The notes under the pieces: model-generated
Told to the model about the DNA's origin: nothing
Database searches by the model: none
Seen by the model: the letters and a program-made list of their open reading frames with translations, nothing else
Assembly: GCF_963921235.1 (NCBI RefSeq)
Contig: NC_086118.1
Location: forward strand, 24,864,001-24,928,000
DNA length: 64,000 nucleotides
Reading direction: 5' to 3'
Source: Mobula hypostoma
Taxonomy: Eukaryota
Position numbers and translations under genes: made by a program
Part shown: piece by piece, positions 50,418 to 62,105 of the stretch
Layout: each line of letters starts with the position of its first letter
Numbering within the stretch: position 1 is the first letter of the stretch

Positions 50418-51367
50418 AACACAAGGAAGTCTGCAGATGCTGTAATCCAAAGCAACAGAATAAAAATGCTGGAGGAACTCAGTAGGTCAGGCAGCATCTA
50501 TGAAAAAGAGTAAACAGTTGACATTTCAGGTACATTTGACATTTGAGATCCTTTTACAGGACTGAGATGGAAGGGGGGCAATCCCGGACTAAAAAGGTCA
50601 GGGGAGGGGAAAGAGGCTAGCTCCTCTACATTGCTAAGGGAAGGAAAGGTACATCGCATCCGGAGTTTCTCCGGTTAGTGGACAATTTTCCTCCACACCT
50701 CTCTGACGTAGTGGGGAACCACGTAGGAGGCAAGTTACAGCAGTGGTTTGCCATTGCCTTCTGCCAGGTGAGTTTCCAAAGAGACCACCAGCTCGTAACC
50801 CAGCACGGATGGAAAGCATGCAGGGGAGCCAGCTGGATTCGAACTCAGGACCTTTCGTCCCGAAGTCTGACGCTGATGCCACTATGCCACCAGCCGGGTC
50901 ACATTGCTAAGACCCATCATAAATTGTGCCAAGAAGAGGCCACCCTCAGGGTGGAGGAGCAACACCTTATATTCTGCCTAGATACCATCCAACCTGATGG
51001 CATGAACATTGATTTCTCCTTCCAGTGAACAAATTTACACCCCCCCCACTCCCTCTATTCCCTACTTTGAACATTTACTTCTTCTCGCATGCCTATTACT
51101 TCCCCGGGTCCCCCTTCTCCTTCCCTTTCTCCTACTGTCCACTCTGCTCTCCTATCAGTTTTTTTTCCAGTACTTGACCTTTCCCACCCACCTGGCCTCA
51201 CCTACCACCTTCCAGGTAGCCTTTTCCCCTCCCCCCACCTTTTTTATTCTTGATCTTCCCTCTTCCTTCTCAGTCCCAGAGAAGGTTCTTGGCTCAAAAC
51301 TTTGACTGTTTACTCTTTTCCATCAATGCTGCCTGACCTGCTGAGTTCCTCCAGTATGTTGTGTCTG
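50418..51367. mobile_element. Penelope-derived element with inverted termini and 15-bp TSD
   Basis: Inverted terminal units; EEQHLIFCLDTIQPDGMNIDF (Penelope ORF end); TSD AAGCTGAACAGTACA at 50403-50417 and 51368-51382. Confidence 0.85.
50639..50900 (-). mobile_element. tRNA-derived SINE nested in the Penelope element, 11-bp TSD
   Basis: A box TGGCATAGTGG, B box GAGTTCGAATCC, (TTCC)-type tail; TSD ACATTGCTAAG at 50628-50638 and 50901-50911. Confidence 0.88.
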
Positions 51368-52204
51368 AAGCTGAACAGTACATTCAGTTTTCATTTCTAA
51401 ATAAAGTTATAATGCAATAGCAATTTACATTTCTTTTCTTATCTCATGAAAACTCGTTGTGTTTTGCTCCATGTCTCTTGTGTCATTTAATCTGTATGAC
51501 CTTCTACTCTGTCACAGAATTCCCCCTTTATTCTATTCTCCCTGTTCACTTTCAACCCTTTTCTGGTCCTTGAACTTGTCCAAAGCCTTGTTTTGTTGCA
51601 AACATTTTCTAATTCTGACTAAATGGTCATTGATCTAAAATGTTAACTTTGTTTCTTTCTCTGGTGATGCTGCCTGACCTGTTGAGTATTGACTGCACTT
51701 TCTGCTCTCATACAAAATACAAACATATCCTTAAAGTTGAAAATGAAATATTAAAATGTACAAAGTAGCCTTTTGCTTGTGTTATGAAAACCTTCTGTTG
51801 TGCCCTTTCCTTCACAATCCTCCTCCTCTATGTTCTTTATTTCAACACTTGGTTAAAATCTACACATTCATTCCATTCTGATTAAAGGTAATCAAAATGA
51901 TATATTGATCTTTGCTTCTATATATTTGGTTTTGATATCTCTCAGTATCCAACATAAGAAAACATGGAATAGAAGTTGGAGTAACTATACTGCTTTTCAA
52001 GCGTGCTGTAATATTCAGTCGGGTCACAGCTCATTACCTGCTTCATATATATCTTCCCATCAATTCTCCATAGCCCTCGACTCCCTTATTGTCCAGCAAT
52101 CAGTCTGATTACACTCAATTACCCATCCTCAATATACAGAAGCAGAAGTTTCTGAAAGTCTAACTGCTTTCTGGTTGAACAAATTTCATACATCATACTA
52201 CTAA

Positions 52205-52445
52205 ATGGAGTCATGGAGGGATAAGGCCAGATCGTTCAGCCCACCAGATACATGCTGACCATCAAGTACTCATTTTTACACTAGTCTTACCTTAATGCAT
52301 TTTATTCTGGGGGGAAACCAGAGCATCCAGAGGACCCCATGTGACTTCAGGAAGAATATGCAAGCTCTAGACAGACATCCCTGGAGATCAGAGTTGAACA
52401 TGGGTCACTGGAGATGGGAAGCAACAGCTCTATCAGCTGCAACAC
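52205..52445 (-). mobile_element. Decayed V-SINE-like element
   Basis: GGAAACCAGAGCATCCAGAGGA is the reverse complement of the SINE core. Confidence 0.6.
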
Positions 52446-53024
52446 CCAGTAAGCTCCTTTCCCTGAGGATCTGACCAAGCTTTAGCCTTTCTAGCATGAG
52501 CACCCACTCTCTTCATCCCCCTCAACTATTCTGTCTGCTTTATTGTCATCATCTCTCGTTCTCCAAAAACCCACTGAGCAAACACCAAAATAAAACAAAT
52601 ACTGTACGGAGAATGCTGGAAATAATCAGAAAGTCAAGCTGCATCTATGGGAAAAGAAATAGTTAAGCTTTCCAATTGAAGACTCTTTGCTGGAACTAAA
52701 TAAAGGCCCATCCTACTCAATCATTGCAGTGGTAACCACCTTCCCTAGTAACATGTGAATACTGCAGATACTGTAAACGTTAAAGACAGAGAACATTGAA
52801 ATGCAGGTTAGACAGCTCTCGAGGCTCTTGCAAAAGCGTTAACTCAAATCATTCACTTTTGCTCTTGCCCCACAGATGCTGCTCAACTTATTTTGAGTAT
52901 TTCTAGCATCTTGTGTATATATTGCCTATTCTCTGGCACAGCTCTATGTTACATTATGAACAGAATAGCATCAAAGTTCTATTGAGCTTATAATTATTAC
53001 TGTCTTGTTTATTATTAATTCATC

Positions 53025-53458
53025 GTACACGGCAGGTCCCCGGAACTCCCCGGCTCTTGCACGGTTTATATATAGTATATGGTGCGCCACGGTTCATTGG
53101 GAGTTGTAGTTCTACTCACATCATACTCCAGTCGATGGGCGATTGGGACTACAGCTCCCACAATACACGTCGTGTCCAGCCGCATGCGCAGTAGGAAGCT
53201 GCACTGCCAGGGCAGAATATGGTCCAAGCGCTCATAGGGAAGCCGGGGGAGGACGCAGCTGTCGCCGCCGTTGCTGCTGTTACCGGGTCGGAGGATCAAT
53301 AACAAAGGAGAGAAAGAGAGACGAAAATGTCAGGCTCCACGTAAAGTGACCGGCAAGAAATACGGCGAAGGATTACTGTCCCCGCGATCAGCTTGCATGG
53401 GTTTTTAATCAATGAAATGTTTGTGCGTCTTCCATTCCACCGGCTCGTTCCCCAGTAA
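53025..53458 (+). promoter_or_regulatory. CpG-island promoter/5'UTR of the ARHGAP44-like gene with two opposed ZNF143/THAP11-type sites
   Basis: GAACTACAACTCCCAATGAA on minus (53093-53112) and ACTACAGCTCCCACAATAC on plus (53148-53166); inverted CCAAT at 53141-53146; NRF1-like CGCATGCGCA at 53181-53190. CpG richness continues to about 54700. Confidence 0.75.
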
Positions 53459-53514
53459 ATGATGAAGAAGCAGTTCAATCGGATGCGACAGCTCGCCAAC
53501 CAGACGGTGGGCAG
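53459..53514 (+). CDS. ARHGAP44: First coding exon of a RICH-family BAR-RhoGAP, most likely ARHGAP44 (ARHGAP17 or SH3BP1 not excluded)
   Basis: Encodes (M)MKKQFNRMRQLANQTVG(R), identical to the recalled ARHGAP44 N-terminus (ARHGAP17 has RMKQ). Phase-2 donor CAG|GTTGGT after 53514. Exon 2 (AEKTEVLSEDL) not found, so intron 1 runs past the window. The double Met resembles SH3BP1. Confidence 0.8.
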
Positions 53515-55874
53515 GTTGGTACAGACTTGCGATGTATTATCCATATCTGTTATTTTATTGATGATAAATGCATTTAATGTTTGCATTCAGCGTCGTGGGA
53601 ACATGCGAGGTGAGGGACCGCAGAGTTTTGCTGAGGAATGCAGACCGCTCTCTACCACCACCCCCCCCCCTTCCCCCGCACTCCCACCACCAACCAACCT
53701 CCTGTTTCCCCGCTGTTGCTACTGCGCCCGTTCCGTCACTTTCAGCAGGAGCCGATACTGGGCGCTGAGGCTGCGATGAAAACGAAAGTGCCAGGCAGGC
53801 TCAGGGAGACCAGGATCTAAACCCATTCCTCATTTAGTGAGAACGTTCTGCTACACGTTGGGAAAAGGAGAACTCTACCACCTCCCCCCGCCATCCGCAA
53901 AGACAATCTTGCGTTTGTCCCATCTGAACGCTACTTCAGACTGAAATGAATGGAGACTTGAGCATTCGAGGGCATTAAATGTGTCAGGGATTGCAAAAGG
54001 GAATTGACCGTGTCGAGTTACAGGTTTGCGGTATTAAGGCACGACCCATATCTCAAGAGGGGGGCGGTTACTGATGTACAAATACTGACACACCTTACAC
54101 ATTGCTAGCTGTAAGGTGAGATTCTGTATTTCGGGACTCTGTCGGAGGAGGGAGGTTTACTGTGATTAATGAAAAACACTTCACATATCTGGGGGAGAAA
54201 AAGACGGCAATCTCGACCTGTTTCCGCACACAGTGCATTCCACAAGGTGGCATTAGACCATGTTTACGGGTTAGCAGGTACCCGCACTAAAAACAAGCAC
54301 AAACAAAGCATTTGCGGCAGTTTCTCTGTTGCACGCGTCACTTGCTTTATGTTTCGCTCTCCATCATCTGGAAAGTAAAATATTTGCCCCCCCCCCCCCC
54401 GTGTTCTTCAACAACTGCGAGGCAGAAGCGCGACCTGACCGCGCTCCTGATTCAAGCCCGCCTGGGACACTGGAGGCGGCTTTGGCCGCGGCCAACTCGG
54501 TAGCGCGCAGAGGTGCGAACATCTGGGGCAGAATACAAATCCGATCGATTCACGGGTTGTGCCCCATTTTTAGTGTCGGTAATGAAAACATTAGCCGGCT
54601 TCCTTAGGGGAGAAGTGCGGCGTGGTTCAAATACACATTTTTACTATTTGACATGCTGTTGTGAACAGGGAAGGCAAGACAGTTATCCAAATGAGAACAT
54701 ATGCGCACCGATGTAATAAATGACTGACATTGCTGAAATACTTTACTAACGTAATGTTAGAAGTTGAGCTGATAATTACAGTCTAACTGGGCCTCCAAGT
54801 GCACGCTTTCTCCGGATTTTCTTAAATTTTGCCTCAAACCAGCACGCGCTTTAATAACTATGCTAAATAAAGGCAGACAGACGTGTGTATTATGTCCTAG
54901 GATAATGAATTGGTCCCCCTGTCAGGGCGAGCTGAAGAATTCTAACCTTTGAACAGTGAAGATAAAATATATTTTGGCGATATATTGTCTTGGTTGCTTC
55001 GTGCTCATTTGTCATGGCAACGGGTGAGAGAATGAAGCACTCGGTGATCGCTCAGCGTCACAGCACTGTCCCTGAGGAGTGTTTGAAATTTGAATGCAAA
55101 TTCACACCTTACGAATTTTTAAAAAATCAAAAAATATCCAGGACCATGTAATTCCTATTTTGAGTAGTCATTGACGGAACATCTGCTGAATAGATAATGT
55201 TACACTAAACAAAAATTCAAGTAAAAACGGACTACAGCGTTTGTGCCCCTGTGATCTTCAGATTTACACATTAACATTGCCGCATTTAAGAGGAGGTTTG
55301 CTGTGAGTCTAGCAAGCCTAGGAATGAGGGGCAGAGTGGTAAGATGTAATGTAAGTCGGAACCTATAATTACAAGCTCAAACAACCTGGCTAAGGGGCTT
55401 GGTTTTGTGCTGGAGCAACTATGTGACAGGGATTGTGTTTAATCTTCCTGCTCAGAAAGATATACATTCAACGACTGAAGTGGGGAGATTGAATGTTTTC
55501 CTCACATGTACATTCATGGATTCCTTTTAGGTGGGCATACTGTTGGTTCTGCAAACCAGCAGGGATGGGGTATAGAGAAAGAACCAGTGCCACTCAAAGT
55601 CTGTCAGACCGGGAGATTTACATTAGTTTGTGTGACTGCAAGTGCACCTTGGGCAGCCAAATGTCCCAGGAGCAACAAATTGTGGCTGAACACCGCTAGG
55701 CCTCCAGGGGAACTCACCGCACTGAATTGTTGTCTGCAATGCAAGAGTGTGGCCTCTTCTGCTTCCCCAGGAGGGACTGCATTTCCAAAGCTGATAACAA
55801 AGCAGATCCATTCTTAGTTGGTGTCCTGTCATTGCTTGCCTGGGGATGCAGGATCATCTGTATGTTCTCTGCTT

Positions 55875-55877
<3 letters not shown>

Positions 55878-55906
<29 letters not shown>
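55878..55906. repeat. (TG)14 microsatellite in ARHGAP44 intron 1
   Basis: Read directly from the sequence. Confidence 0.97.
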
Positions 55907-55908
<2 letters not shown>

Positions 55909-57009
55909 GGGGGGGTCCTATCCCCATAAGCTCGATTGGGAACTGTTGGGCGTTTTGAGGCTGGGCACTCCAAGACCCAGACTAACATGATGTTCTTCCC
56001 CTAGAAGTTCTGCAGTCTCTCCTTGTCTCCGGTTTTGGATGGGGAAAGGGAAGTTCATGATTGGTAGTGATTTCATGTTGTTACATATATCATCTTCTCT
56101 AAAACTAAATGGTTCTGGATAAAGCATCGTAATGTCTGTTTCACATGGGCTCTCATACCTTACTGACTTAGCTTTCATTTTGCAGCAAGTTGAATGTCAC
56201 AGAAAAGGGTTCCCGTACCACAGACTGTTGGAAGTTAATTTACAAGACTGCATTTCTAGCAAATATTGTATTATAAACTTGGTTGAAGTAACGTAGATGC
56301 TTGTTGTTAGAATATGAAAGGACTGAATGGAACACTGCTAATAACTTTCTGTTGCCTGCAAGTTATGTGTATTTTGTTTTGAATTATTGTGGTAACTAGT
56401 CTTAAATTTTAAAATTTACTGATTTACCAGTTATTCTTGACATTGTGTATGGCATTTCACACAAGACAAATGTACTTGCTATTAGCAGTGAATAATTGTT
56501 TTTGTAAAATATACCACAGATGTTTGTAATGCAAACAATCCCAGGTGTTGAATGTGAATACATAAGTTATACCAGGAAATGTATATTTTCAGAAAGTTTA
56601 GAACTTTGAATGTTTTGTATCAGTGCAAATTTTAAATTTATTGTTTATATTTTTACCCCTCCTGATTCCCATTGCTTGTTTCATCTTTTGTGTGCATGTC
56701 ATCAATCTATTTGTGTGTATCAGTGTACTGGTGCAGCCAGCGGTACTGCTGACTCACAGGTTTAACAATCTGGATTCAATCCTGACCTTCAGTACAGTAC
56801 TACTACTTCTGTGGACTTTGCGTATTCTCTCTGTGACTGCAAGGGGTTTCCTCAAGGCCTTCCAGCTTTCTCCCATGTCCTAAAGATAGGTAGTTTTCTA
56901 CTTTATATTACACCATTGCAGGTGGATGATAGGAGAACTAGGGTGATGTTGATCAAAGGAGAGAATAGGCTAAAAGGAAATCAATTTATTTATTGATACA
57001 ATAAATAAA

Positions 57010-57280
57010 TCAATTTATTTATTGATACAGTGCAGAATAGGCCCTTCCAACCCTTTGAGACCTCCTCCCAGCAATCTCCCGATATAACTTTAGCCTAATC
57101 GTGGGACAATTTACAATTAACTCATCAACTGGTATGCTTTTGGACTGTGGGAGGAAACTGGAGCACCCGGAGGAAACCCACACAGTCACAAGGAGAATGT
57201 ATTAACTCCTTACAGGCAGTGGTGGGAATTGAACCTGGGTTACTGGTACTGTTGTGCTAACCACAACACTACCATGCCAA
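57010..57280 (-). mobile_element. V-SINE/HE1-like SINE
   Basis: CTTTGGACTGTGGGAGGAAACTGGAGCACCCGGAGGAAACCCA core; tRNA-like head; TAAA tail. Confidence 0.82.
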
Positions 57281-58289
57281 TGGGAATGCTCTGGGATCTT
57301 GCAAACAGTCAATTGGCCAAAGGCATTCTTCTATGTCAGAAGAAAATACAATAGGCAAAAGAGGTTGGTGGACAGCATTCAGGGCTAAGTAACTTGATTG
57401 GTTTTCCTATTGCTGGTTATGGATTATTGCACTAGCTGGCTCCTTTTACCTTTGTAAGAATCACTGAATGCAGTTGTCCTGTTTTTTGACCCTCCAAATT
57501 AACTTAGACTGAAATACAGTTTTGGTGCAGCATTCTCTGAATATTATCACTGACAGAATAACTGGGACAGCTGTCAAAAGTAAATTAAATTTGATAACGT
57601 CTGATTCATACCTGGTTTTAGTTTGCAATCCAAACAGCAATGGCAACAAGAGCCATAAATTACAGGTCTAACAAATATATAAAAACCTGGCCTCTATTAT
57701 ACCCTCCAGCTACTTTTCCAGATTAATTCTGTTTCTAATAGGGGAAATTGCCTTATCCCTTCAGGAATTTCTGACAGAATACGATTTGCAGTCAGCAGTG
57801 AAGGGACAGATCTCATCACTGACCTAACACAAAGCTGCCCTGAAAGGTTTTGTGGTTTTTCAAGTAACAGTTTTTGACCAACTTTCAATCTGTCACTATG
57901 GAGCAGAAAAATGAGCTATTCAAATTGCAGATTTTTCACTGCACAGCAAGAAATAAGATGTAATATAATTCAAATTTACTCATATTACAAAGGCGAACAA
58001 AATCATGCACAGGATTAAGGAGGAGGATGAAATATCTTTTAAATTAATTCTAAGGTAAGAGTAATGAATTTTAATTATTTTATATAATCTGCAGTTTTCA
58101 GCTGTTCTCCTGAGAGAATTAGACCACACTTGTAAAATCAGATTTTAGGGCCATAGAGATTATTCACTGGTGATAACTTGGTATTTTGTTAAAAAATATT
58201 ACATTTTCTCCCTCAAGACTAAACCCTTCTCTTGATTTTTTTTGTAGTGAGTATAGTGAACAATGTGTGTGGCTGGCTAATGATAATGA

Positions 58290-60450
58290 TAGAATAGACA
58301 CAAATATGTCCTTTCTGGCTGGTAAAATGTGATGAGTGTACTGCCACAGGGATTCATGCTTAGGTCTCAGCTTTTACATTGTAAGCAGATGATGAGGCTG
58401 GAAGGGCAGGTGGTTGCTAAATTTGCTGATGACTCAGGGACAGGTAAGAAATCAAGCTGTGAAGAGAATTTCACCACTGTTGTTGGTAAGGTCTTGGATA
58501 CTATTGAGGAAACATACAGGAGTGAGATAGATCAGCTGATTGAGTAGTACCACAACAACCTCACACTCAGCATTAGCAATAGCAAGGAATTAATCATGGA
58601 TTTCAGGAAGGGGAAGTCGGCAGAATTGAGGAGTCATTGATGGAAAGGGTGAGCAACTTTAAGTTCCTGACTGTCAACACCTAGGAGGATATGTCCTGGG
58701 CTCACATATTGCTGCAATTATAAAAAAGGAATGCCAGTGGCTCTACTTCATTAGGAGCTTGAGATGATTTGGTATGTCACCAAAGACGCTTTGCAAATTT
58801 CTGTAGATTGTATGGTGGAGAGCATTCTTGTAAGTTGCATTACAGCCTGGTTTAGGGGCTCCATTACACAGGACTGCAAGAGGTTGCAGAGGGTTGTAGA
58901 ATTAGCTGGCTCCACCACAAGCACAATCCTCCTCACTATTGAGGACATCTTCAATAGGTGATGCCTCAAGAAGGCAGTGTCTAACATTGAGGACCCTCAG
59001 ACACTGACCATCTGGGACATGCCCTCTTCTCCTTACCACCGTCAAGGAAGAGGTACAGGAGCATGAAGAGCTACACTCATGAATGAGGAACAGCTTCTTT
59101 CTTTCCACTATCAAATTACTAAACAGTCCATAAACCCATGAACACTACCTCTTTATTCCTTTTTTGCACAATCTACTTATTTTGTAATTAATATGCCTCT
59201 GTGCTGATGCCTCCAAACAACAAATGTCATATCATTTAAGACAGAGATGATAATTCTGATTCTGGACCTAGAAAGGGACAGAGGTAGGTTGAGTGAGAGG
59301 GCAAGGATCTAAAAAAATGAGTATACTGTGGGAAAATATTAAATTATCTATTTAGGCAAGAAATAAAACAAAATACCTATATGGTGTGAGATTGGAGTGA
59401 TCTAAGATGCAGAGAGAGGTACGTCCTAGCATATTTTCACAAAAACTACTATGAGGCAAAAACATAAGTAGGGAAGATAACTGAATATTGTTATTTTATC
59501 GAAGTGCAATTAATCACAAAAGCACCTCAAGAAAAGAAGCCTCATGAAAGTGGCATCTATTATCAAGGATGCTCACCATTCAGCACGTGCCCTCTTCTTC
59601 TTACCAGCATCAAGGAGGAGGCACATAAGCCACAAGACAACACTCAGCTTCTCCTCTACATTCAGATTTCTGAATGGTACATGAACCCATGAATCCCATT
59701 TCACTATTTTACTCCCTGGTTGCACTATTTTTTTATATTTACAGTATTGTAACTTGTATTTTTAAATGTATTGCTGCCTCAAAACAACATATTTCATGAC
59801 ATGCTAGGGATAACAAACCTCATTCTGATTCTGAAGTAAGGAAGTTTTGCTTCAGTTTAATAGAATGTTGGTAAGACATCAACTGGTGTTTTGTGTACAT
59901 TATTGGCTTTATTTAAAGAAGGATGTAAATGCATTGGAAATAGTTACACAAGAAGGTTTACTCAGTTAAAGTTGTCATCTGAGGAAAGGTCGCTTTGCCT
60001 CGGCTTGTATCTGGAACTCGGAATAGTGAGGGGCAACTTGATGGGAGTGTGTTAGGATCTTGAGTAGTCTTGACAAGATGAATATGGGAAAGGATGGATC
60101 TCCTTTTGGGAGAATCTAGAAATAACAATTGTTTTAATAATAAATTGTCTTCCATTTAAGACATGGATAAGATGAAGTATTTGTTCTTCCTTGGAGCATT
60201 ATGTCTCTTCAGAAATCTCTTCTTCATGGGGAGTGGAAGCAGTCTTTGGACATCATGAAGACAGAGATAGATAAATTGTTGATAAATGAACAAGTGAAAG
60301 TTACTGGGTGGGGTTGTGTGTGGGGGTAAACAGGAATGTGGAACTGATGTTACAATAAGATCAGCCACAATGTTGTAAATATCTGAGGAGAGGCAAGGGG
60401 CAAAGTAGCTTATTTCTGCTTCTAATTTATGTGTGCCTTCTTATGTATGT
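58290..60450 (+). mobile_element. Decayed CR1 with two nested Rex1/Babar fragments (about 58470-59265 and 59505-59835)
   Basis: PQG..KFADD CR1 remnant; VESILVSCITAWF Babar motif; ATTCTGATTCTG tails at about 59255 and 59825. Confidence 0.75.
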
Positions 60451-61764
60451 TAATTCATATGATGAAGTTTGGTTTCAATCTAGTGATTACCCCTGTGATA
60501 ACTGTAAGAGTGCATGCTGTAGAGGAACAGGGTTCACCGATAGGAACATTTGAATGCCCATGCTTAACTTAGAAATTTTCAGTGGTTTTACAGATTATTG
60601 ACAATTTCACTGTTACTAAGACTGCAGGTATGGATCAGATGGATTATATGGTGCAGTTGTTGTTATGTGGGTCAATGTGACAACGTTTGTAAAGTAGCAA
60701 AATCCCACAAATAAACAAGGAGGTAACTACTTTCTTAATCTGCTGTGCCTTTTGGTTTTGGGAAGAGTAGCGCTAGGACACTTAGAGAATTCTAAAAGCA
60801 AAAATCTGCAGATGCTGAAAAGCTGAACTAAATGCCAGAAATACTCAGCTGGTTTCCAGAACCCGTGAAAAGAGAAACAGATAATATTTTAGGTCACAGA
60901 CAGCTCTGACTACCCTTTGAATAAACATTCACTGTTTACCTTCAGATCCTCAGAGTATCCAAACACAACCCTTTTCCGGTTTGAACTTCCAGACAGAGTC
61001 TTGGTTTTTCATTCTGTCCAAACAACCTTGTATGTTCGGTACTACACAAGCTTATCCTTTGATTTGCTTGAGTAGGGCTTGACGTGCTAATTATTGGACA
61101 GCAAAGTGAAGCCATCACCAGTGACTCTGTGAAGAACCAATGAAGGAAAAATAATGGATCATTTAAATTGTCATTATTTGCATAAATACCAGTTTGGATG
61201 CACCTAGTGGTGAACCAGTTCCTGAAAATAGACATTCTTGCACCAAATTTGTCAGTATTTCAGTCAATACCTGTCAAATGCCTCCAGTCTAAGAATTCCA
61301 TTTTGTTCTCAAAGAATTCCAGTTTGATCTTTCCCTTCTCCCCTCTTTTTCTGAAGCTTAAAATTTGCTTACTTTCAAGCATTTCCCTGTTCTGATCAAA
61401 GGACATAGAGTTGAAGTCAAAGCATAAACTCAACTTCCTCCAACAAGACTTGCCCTTTTGAATCCTTCAAGCATTTTTAATGTTAATTTTTGATCAATTC
61501 AGGATTGTTTTAAAATAGCCAGAAAGGACCAAACCTCTGTTTTGCATTGTTCCATTAAGGAAGCACAGATACATCATTGTGGAGGCCAATGTGTATATCT
61601 CATATTGTTTGATATCACTTTTGCCTTGAGGGGAAACCTATCCTATCACTTTCCTTATATAAACTCATCAAAGTGGTAGGGACCTAATACAACTGGTTCA
61701 TCAGCATTTATTTCTGAGGGATTCCACTGGTCACCACTGGGATTAAGAGAATTTTGCAGCAATG

Positions 61765-62105
61765 GAAACATAGAAAACCTACAGTGCAATACAGGCCTTT
61801 CGGCCCACAAAGTTGTGCCGAATATTTCCCTACCGTAGAAATTACTAGGCTTACCTATAGCTCTCTATTTTTCTAAGCTCCATGTACCTACCCAAAAGCC
61901 TCTTAAAAGACCCTATCGTATCCGCCTCCACCACCGTTGCCGGCAGCCCATTCCACGCACTCACTACTCTCTGAGTAAAAAGCATACCCCTGACATCTCC
62001 TCTGTACCTACTCCGCAGCACCTTAAACCTGTGTCCTCTTGTGGCAACCATTTCAGCCCTGGGAAAAAGCCTCTGACTACCCACACGATCAATGCCTCTC
62101 ATCAA
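61765..62105 (-). mobile_element. Young CR1 3' end
   Basis: MRGIDRVGSQRLFPRAEMVATRGHRFKV...FTQRVVSAWNGLP; open frame. Confidence 0.88.

Noticed and set aside
50840..50900. Additional tRNA genes at SINE heads (also about 47134 and 57230)
   Set aside because: A/B boxes are present but there is no cloverleaf; they continue into SINE bodies with tails or TSDs.
53515..53779. Continuation of the 106-aa ORF beyond QTVGR
   Set aside because: Homology ends at the GT donor at 53515; the rest is intron read-through.
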